Assembly: GCA_951406725.2 (NCBI GenBank)
Contig: OX597819.1
Location: 78,616,001 to 78,680,000 of the forward strand
Reading direction: 5' to 3'
Length of the DNA: 64,000 bases
Origin: Octopus vulgaris
Taxonomy: Eukaryota
Part shown: positions 55,926 through 64,000 of the stretch, one piece after another
Layout of the letters: every line of letters begins with the position of its first letter
Numbering within the stretch: the stretch's first letter is position 1
Position numbers and translations under genes: made by a program
Notes under the pieces: model-generated
What the model was told of the DNA's origin: nothing
Database searches by the model: none
What the model saw: only the letters and a program-made list of their open reading frames with translations

Positions 55926-56318
55926 ACACTGCGTGGCACCTTGAGCAAGTATGCTCTACTATAGCTTCAAGTCGACCAAAGCCTTGTGAGTGGATTTGGT
56001 AGCCAGAAACTGAAAAGAAGCCCGTCGTGTGTGTGTGTGTGTATGTATGTATATATATATATATTTATTTATATTTGTGTGTCTTCGTGTCGGTGCTTGT
56101 CCCCCACCACTGCTTGACAACCGTTGTTGGTGTGTTTACATCCCCGTGACTTAGCAAGCAGTTCAGCAAAAAAAAAAAAAAAATTCGATAGAATATATAC
56201 CAGGCTTAAAAGTAAAAAAGAAAAAAGTACTGGAGTCGATTCATTCGACAGTAAAAAAAATTCTTCAAGGCGATGCCCCAGCATGGCCGCAGTCTAATGA
56301 CTGAAACAAATCAAAAAG
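55926..56318 (+). mobile_element. SINE family B, 5'-truncated
   Basis: CORE-like region, internal microsatellite and tail present. Confidence 0.85.
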
Positions 56319-57479
56319 ATTATGAGATGAATTTTATTTACTATTACTTTCCAACAGCTAAAGGAATTCCATAGAGATGTGTATGCGTGTGAGTGTATGT
56401 GTGTGTGTGTGTGTGTGTGCGTGTTTGTAAACAAAGCCGAAAATCTGAAGAATGAAGGCTGGATGCATGGGTGTGTGGTCTGGATGGATAGTTAAGTGCC
56501 ACGTTATATCAGAGCTCCACCCTTCTACATACCAGCAGAGCAGCGAGTTTCAGGTCACCTAGATAGGACTTAATATACAGAACCACGGTTATGTAGCTAT
56601 TATGTTATGTATAAGCATCTAATATGTTATGTACGTATGCTTTGCCTGTTCTGGCGGTGCAAAACTGAGCGTGGAAAATTTGACGTGCTCGCGTGCGTGT
56701 ATGTGTGTGTGTGCATATGTTATGTGCGCAAATATTAAATTGATGTATATATATATAACACGCTTGCGTTTGTGTTTTTGTTAGGCAAAAAAAAAAAAAA
56801 AAAAAAAGGGTCCGGTAGTGTAATGAGTATAAGGTCGATGTAATCGACTATGTTATTCGTGTGTAAACTTACTCTCAAACTGCAAAACTGCCCGTTGATT
56901 TCTGCGAGTCTAAACAGGTTGAAATGCGTGCGTGAGGATGCGTGTGTGTGTGTGTGTACCTCTGTGTGCGTGCATGCGTGTGTGAGAGAAGAGAGATGGA
57001 GGGAGGGTAGATAGATAGATAGAGAGAGAGAGAGAAAGAGAGAGGGTATATATGAGTTTGTTTAGAACGCTATGACAACTTCGAACAGTATCCGAACTCC
57101 AGACTGTGCGTGTGCTTAAACGAATTAGTGTATGTGTGTGTTCATGCGTGTGAACGTATGTAATAATGTGTCTGAAGCTATCTGCATGTATGTACGTATA
57201 AATAAATGATTGCGTTTATATAATAATATATTTGTGTATGCATATGAATGTACGTGTGTGTGTAGTAGTAGTAGTAGTAGTTATGTTGACATACCACCTT
57301 AGCTTCCACTGGTGTATATTTGCATTTATATAAGTATAAATATTCCTACATGTGAGTAAATATATTCCGACATGTGCGATTACATTCTTTTTTAACATGG
57401 AAATGTGAGCATAAACACAATACGTAAGGATATGCCTGACCGCTTACATAAGCATACATCTACGAATATATGCACGTGT

Positions 57480-57853
57480 GAGGAAGGTAAGAAGTTTGCT
57501 TCCCAACTACATGGTTCCGGGTTCAGTCCCACGGCTTGGAACCTCGGGCAAGTGCTTCCTTCTATATATTTCTTTACTGCCCACAAGGAGCTAAACACAG
57601 AGGGGACAAACAGATTAAGTCGATTATATCGACCCCAGTGCGTAACTGGTACTTTATTTATCGACCCCGAAAGGATGAAAGGCAAAGTCGACCGACCTCG
57701 GCGGAATTTGAACTCAGAACGTAACGCCAGACGAAATACGGCTACGCATTTCGCCCGGCGTGCTAACATTTCTGCCAGCTGCCTTATATAGCCCCAGGCC
57801 GACCAAAGCCCTTAATGCGAGGATTCGGAAAACGGAAACTGAAAGAAACCGGT

Positions 57854-57884
<31 letters not shown>

Positions 57885-58090
57885 ATTGTCCCCCACCCCA
57901 CCGCTTAACAAGCAGTTTGTTTACGTCCCCGTAACTTAGCGGCTCAGCAAAAGACATCGATACAATAAGTAGCAAACTTTAAAAGAGGAAAAAAAAAAAA
58001 TTAGTGGGATTGATTTCTTCGACTAAACTTTTCGAAATGGGTGCCCCAGCATGGCCGCAGTCCAGTCACTAAAATAATTCAAGCTAAAAG
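57480..58090 (+). mobile_element. SINE family B split by a SINE-A insertion
   Basis: B head to ...CTTCTATA (57566), resumes TATAGCCCCAGGCCGACC at ~57787. Confidence 0.82.
57567..57786 (-). mobile_element. SINE family A nested in SINE B
   Basis: Near-complete match to 5672-5909; TATA on both sides. Confidence 0.9.
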
Positions 58091-58894
58091 ATTACATCAC
58101 CACCACGACTAGACTTGCCATCACAACCACCACCACCATTATAACAAGTATCTTTCATCACCGCCATCGCTACCATAAACGCAAGCATCGCAGCCACAGC
58201 CTTGCTTTACGTAACAGTGATGAAGTAAAGAAAATTCCCCACCGAAGATTGTTCTATAAGACGTATGAATGGCGGCAAAGTGGTAAGTTGGATTCCGTGT
58301 AAACAGATACACGTGGATTTGTGTGTATATGCGCGCGCTCGCACGTGTGTGTGCGTATACAGAGCTTCACGTATGTGTGTGTATAATGTAAACGCATTCA
58401 TTTAGACAGGGTGCGGCTGACTGCCAGTAAACAGGCAACGTGTGAGTATGTGCTATACATAAGATGGCTGTGCACGCACGCAACGCACAGTCAGTCAGTC
58501 AGAAGTGTGTATGAAGCGCTGGAAAGATTATGAATATTATTACAAACACACACATACGCGAACGAATGGCTGAGAGAGAGAGAGTGGGGGGTAGAGGTAG
58601 ATACATTTGTAATTTCCTTTATGCGTCCTTCCTTTCCTATATACAAATGTAGCGATGTGCAAAGTTCATGATGTTACTTATAATTCCTTGTTTGTTTATT
58701 TGTTATAGTTAGCATTTATTATTATTTTTTTTTCCATATATATCGCAGATTGTGAACTATAGCGCCGTTACAGAATTCCAATAAGAAGGTTGCTACTACT
58801 GACTGGCTCACACAGCATTTTCTAACAGCATGAGCGACAACGGATAGTCTTTACAATAAACTTAAGGATTTTGTTCAAATACGACGAAAGATGC

Positions 58895-59032
58895 AATTCC
58901 GCCGGGGTTGACTTTGCCTTTCATTCTTTCAGGATCGATAAAATAAAATAAGTACCAATGGCACACTGGGGTCGATGTCATCGATTTACCTCATCTCCTG
59001 AAATTGCTGGCCTTGTGGCATAATTTGAAACC
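58895..59032 (+). mobile_element. SINE A2, 3' part
   Basis: Core plus A2 tail. Confidence 0.75.
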
Positions 59033-59527
59033 GATATATAGCGAAAGAAATACTCTCACACACACACACACACATGTATATGAAGGCATGTAACCTAATA
59101 ATTAGGGTTGTTGGATTCACGATTATGATGATAAGGTCACAAGTTCGATCCTAGACATAAGTAATGTACGAGTATAGTCTGATGTGTAGCGTAATTTGGC
59201 GATTTTATTAAGCCGGTAGTGGAGAGATAGTCAGGTGGTAGAGGTAAGACTGGTATTGTGTACGCTGCAGTTATTATATTTATACAACGCAGTGGTTTCT
59301 TTCTGTTGGCCAAAATACTTGCATTCAATACTACGTTTTGTGCGCTGTTTTACTTACTTTATTTTGTATTGTATATGTGTTCTAGCTTCAAGAATCTCTG
59401 TCTTCTGTGTGTATGGCGTGTTTACGTTGTCAACTTCTAGGATTGGCTCTACCTGCTTTAAAAAAGAAATAAACTTTTTTTAGGCTGCTGGTAAGATGAG
59501 GTCAGATTTCACAAAGTGCTACTTTAA

Positions 59528-59861
59528 TCCTTTGAACGCGGGAAACAGATATATCGGCTCGAAATTTTATAACCGTTAACTGCGGAAAGCGGTTTTACCT
59601 TACGACATTGAAAAAAAAAATCTCTCCTTATACTAACTGCGAGGAGCAGACACACCACCAAGTGACACTTTTTCAGATTCGTTTAACTTTTTCACAATTC
59701 TCATTACAATGAAATATTTTTAGTGATGGATATGAAAACCATACCAGCAGGAGATACTGAAACCGTACTGCAGAAAAGGAAACTATCAATTCTATTTTTA
59801 TAGTGGATAATTTAACATCATTACAGGAATGACCATGAAATTTAAATATGCAGTCGAAGGG
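59528..59861. mobile_element. Possible piggyBac-type MITE
   Basis: TTAA at 59524-59527 and 59862-59865; degenerate ends TCCTTTGAACGC vs CCCTTCGACTGC (8/12). Confidence 0.4.
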
Positions 59862-60257
59862 TTAAAATTATTGTGCAGCCAGGTTTTCAGGCGATTTAGA
59901 TTTGTGAGTTTCTGGACATAACGTAATGTCCATCTGCATAGGTTTTCATGGGGAGTGTGGAAAGTCGCGAAACTAGGGTGAAAGAACGGATTCGTTTTGG
60001 TACAAGTGAGGAAAATGGATATCAGGAACTGAGTAAGCTAAGGGCCAGAGAGGCTGAGGTTGGTAAGACGGGACTGGACACTATAAACAACCCCTCCTCG
60101 TAAACTGAAAAGTAGGAGTACCTCTGCACACCTCCCTTCTCATGTCCATCAATGTTTTGGTGTTTCATTCAGGAAAATTTCAGGTTTTGAAAGTGTGGTT
60201 GTTCTCCAGTTAGTTTATCGACTTCGTGCTCTTGACAGTTCGCTAACCAAAATTTTA

Positions 60258-60600
60258 TCTTTCACTTACTGGACTGCGGTCATGCTGGGGCACCACCTTG
60301 AAAGGTTTAATCGAACATACCGAGCTTAATATTTTTAAAGTCTGGCACTTATTCTATCGATATCTTTTGCCCAAACGGTAAGTTACGAGAATATAAAACA
60401 AACTAGCACCTGTTGTCTAGCGGCGAAATGGGAACACATACACATACGATGGGCTTTCATAGTTTCAGCCTACCAAATTTACTCACGTGGCATTGGTTAG
60501 TGCGGGGTTGTAGTATTCGAAGACAGGGTTCAGCGCAATGAGACTGAATTTGAAAGCACGTAGTTGCAAAACAAGATTCTTAACCACACAGCTAAGCCTA
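60258..60600 (-). mobile_element. SINE family B, old copy
   Basis: Tail, body and head recognisable. Confidence 0.72.
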
Positions 60601-60930
60601 TAGTTTTTTTTTTCTTCTAAAGGTACTATTGATCATTTCATAGCGGAAAATGGAGTTGAAAGGTTAGCTATGTCGACAGCAACTTATTTTCTTTGCTGAA
60701 GCCATTCTTTATTTTTTACGGTAGTTCGCTGAGGGTATGTTGGTTGAATGTAGTGGTCTGAATGTATTTTGTGACTGGGAGACTGGATTGTATCGATTAC
60801 TGATGTCAAGGATAAACCTTTCTAAAATTTTGAAGTAAGAAAGTGATACGTTTGTATGTCACTTGGTTGTGGTGGAATTTGTGGAGTTTTGGAGAAGTTA
60901 TATTTTTAACTAACATCAAGATTCTAGGAG

Positions 60931-61016
60931 TGAAGGCGTGTGGCCTAGTGGTTAGGTTGTTACACTCACGACCTCCGGGCCGGGCGCTGCGCTTTTGAGC
61001 AAAACACTTCATTTCA
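60931..61016 (+). mobile_element. SINE family C fragment
   Basis: TGAAGGCGTGTGGCCTAGTGGTTAG...TTGAGCAAAACACTTCATTTCA, related to 9545-9738. Confidence 0.6.
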
Positions 61017-61089
61017 TATCACTATACGATAGCTTCGGTACCTGGCGTGTGGCACACTGCGTATCCGCACAATCAATCATCAGTTTAAC

Positions 61090-61560
61090 GGAGGAAGAGA
61101 GTTAAAGTACAACACCTACATTTAATCACTATAAACAAATCTGCTGTGCAGGTTAGGTTGTTCAGCAACAATCTGTGGAACACTCTTCTACCCTTTGAGA
61201 CAGGGAAATCCGCCAGATTCTGAAAATGTGATAACAGTTGTAGATATTGGTCAATGCGGTGGTTCTTTCGGACCATAAATGTTTTCTAAGGATATATTTG
61301 TGGTTTTTGTCTGGCCCTGAAGATTCTGAGCTTTCAGATTTCCTTACTGCTTTTTGTGTGTCTGATAAAAAGGAGGGCTTAAAATTGTGTTGTATGTAGA
61401 AGAGAAGTATTTTCGTTTTGTGAAATGCTTGAAAAGAGCGTTTGCTTGGTGTTACACAGAGCATGTATTAAGGATAATTATTGAGACATGGGTTGTGGTG
61501 CGACTATTGCTGATGGTAATAACTCTATATAGTGTTTTAATGTTGGTTTCGCAGTTTAAA
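61090..61560 (-). pseudogene. Possible Penelope-like linker/GIY-YIG remnant
   Basis: NNLTCTADLFIVIKCRCC resembles the TC.S.NLIY.I.C..C start of Penelope endonucleases; heavily decayed. Confidence 0.3.
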
Positions 61561-61577
61561 TTATGAATAAATGTTCA

Positions 61578-61950
61578 TCTTTTACTTGTATCAATCATTA
61601 GTCTGCTGCAGCCAAACTGGGACACCGCTTGGTTTAGTCGAACTAATCGACCATATTTTTAAAGTATGGTACTTGTTCTATTGGTTGTTTTTGTAGAACT
61701 GCTGTTTCATGACGATGTAAACAAACTAACACCAGTTGCCATGAGGTGGAGGAACAAATACAAAGACATACACATGCATATGTATATGATGGGCTTCCAA
61801 AGTTTCCGTCCACCAAAATCACTCACAAGGCACTGGTCGGCCTGGAGCTATAGTAAAAGACACTTACCCAAGGTACCAGGCAGTGGGACTGAACCCAAAA
61901 CCACGTAGTTGCAAAGCAAGCTCCTTAACGAGACACCCATGTCTGCATCT
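61578..61950 (-). mobile_element. SINE family B, old copy
   Basis: Colinear but diverged. Confidence 0.72.
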
Positions 61951-62563
61951 GCTTCCCCGACCCCTAGATCTAAATACGTAGTCCCTTATTTACTTCTTTG
62001 ATACTTTTTTTTTATTTCTTTATTATGTAGTGAAGTGACCGTGTTTGTGACTGAGTAATTGAATTCTGAAAATATCGAATCTGATTTTTAATGGAACATG
62101 TTCCAACGAATTTAATTGTTGCCGTTGATGATATTTACTATCAAGGCGGTATTTCGTCCATCTTTAGTTCGAATTCCACCGAAGATGACTTTGCTGTTCA
62201 TCCTTTCGACTTGCATCTCACCCACAAACTTTCATGCCTTGTGCCTATAGTAGAAAGATTATTATTATTTTGACCTTTCTAAAATGTCCGAATATGCTGT
62301 GATGATAATTGATAGTTGGCCTAAATTGAAGAATTGTTTGCCCAGTGGTCGTAGTAACTAGAAGCAAGTCAAATTTAGGGAATAACTGTTGTTCGGTGAG
62401 CTAAGCGTGTGTACGTGCCAGCGTGGATTGTTCAGGATGTAAAGTTGGGTTAGCTGTAACATGTGATCTACGTTATTTACAGACTGAAAGATGTAGAGTG
62501 CATTGAATTCACTCCCACTGTCTACGAAAGGTGTGTGTGGTAACCCGATAGAACAATTGACGA

Positions 62564-62607
<44 letters not shown>

Positions 62608-64000
62608 TAGGGATGGTATTATTAAAATATCATCACAAGTGGTAAGCGAATTATTAGCCGTACAGGCAAATTAATAAAATATATACATACAGTATTAAAT
62701 ATGTACATATATACTCAAGGGTACTACATGAGTACCTATATCGCCAATGATAGAAGTCAAAAAATATTTCTGTACCACCGAATAGTTACAAATCTATTAC
62801 AGATATATGGTGTGCTTCTTGTCGGTGGTTATAACTTAAAAGCTTGCATTTCTTGTGCAGAGCCATTTTATGTGATGCGACGATGTGCCTTATAATGTCT
62901 ATGTAGTGAATACCAGTTTTTTTTTTTTTCATGTACGTTACAAGATCGGTCCCTTATTAAAGGTTTGGTCTAGTCTGATTTGAGAATGATTGGAATAGTT
63001 GCTGCTTTGTGCTGGGAGACTTTTTCACTTCCTGAATTATTGCTATGAATGTCGAGACTAATGAAAACATCTTTTACTTCGATAAAAATTACTTTAACAT
63101 CATTCATGATGTATGGTAGAATTTTTTTTCTTTTTGTTTGTTTGCTATCGTGTGTGTAATGTTTGTTAAGTACATTCCACGCGGGCTTGTCACGTTGGCA
63201 AAGGAAATAACAACAGCACGTCCGTGTTTTTGTTATTTTTCCTGGGAAGTCGTATATTTTCCGAATTATATGTAAATAATGTTCTTTGATTTGTTTATGT
63301 ATTTTGAAGACTTCGGATGTCACTTACCTTTGTAGGTGTTTTAGAGCCCACTTTGTACCAATTCATAATCATTGTCGTTCTTTGATGGCATTAGCACGTA
63401 TCATGGGTGTCTGGAACACATCGTTCAACAGGCCTTCCAGCTATGATCATACCGTCTTACTTTTAGTCATATTCAGTATTAATTTATCTTGTCATAGTTA
63501 TGAAATGAGGCAGTAGTAAGCGAAGAGTAGCCTAGTCCCAATTACTTTATTGAACGTTATTGTCATGGTGACAATCGTTGTTCGTCAGTCTTACAATGCT
63601 ATGACCATTCCGTCAATTTTTCGGGTACTTTGTGTTCGAAGTATACAGGGTACCTCGGGCACAAAAAAGTACATATGCAAAGTGCACTTCTTTAAGCTTG
63701 ATAGGATATGATTTAAGAGATTCAACAGCTATTTTTAACGTATTGAGTGTGTGAGTAGATGGCGACATTTGAGAGGAATTTGGTTGCTATTCCTAGCAGG
63801 TGGAAACCGTGTAGAACAAGAATAAGGAGTCCCTGTCGCAAGGGTGAAATTTCGTCACCATTCAAATTTGAAACTACCTCTTGAAATCCGTGTGCCTGTC
63901 TATTGTAAATAGTTCAATTCTCAAGATCCAAACAGTAATTCAATATGAATTGTACCACTGTATCTCTAGGAATTTCTGAAACTAAACATCTAATATTTCC

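Noticed and set aside
62970-63516. 117-aa and 76-aa ORFs in unique-looking DNA
   Set aside because: No recognisable motif or splice structure; possibly decayed retroelement, cannot be supported.

Overview
AT-rich, microsatellite-saturated eukaryotic DNA. The SINE, LINE and microsatellite content is most consistent with an octopod cephalopod (inference, no database search run). Nearly all ORFs in the six-frame track are artefacts of (TA/CA/GT/GA/AAT)n repeats. The window holds many copies of at least three tRNA-derived SINE families (labelled A, B, C here), CR1-like, CRE-like and Penelope-like retroelement remnants, a decayed DD37E Tc1-like transposon, a decayed mariner, two copies of a 382-bp non-autonomous Helitron, and several MITEs. 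The only plausible host coding sequence is a signal-peptide-encoding exon at 52771-52888, preceded by a TATA box and a Pbx/Hox/Meis/CRE motif cluster. Most notable observations: a LINE whose 3' UTR matches the SINE-B tail (partner pair), a SINE-A concatemer with a recurrent precise junction, a MITE that carries a SINE fragment, repeated inverted SINE pairs, a 186-bp inverted duplication, and a ~2-3 kb stretch that is a fine-scale mosaic of its two flanks (probably an assembly consensus artefact). I cannot support a claim of a wholly new biological system from this sequence alone. Boundaries of degenerate elements are approximate.
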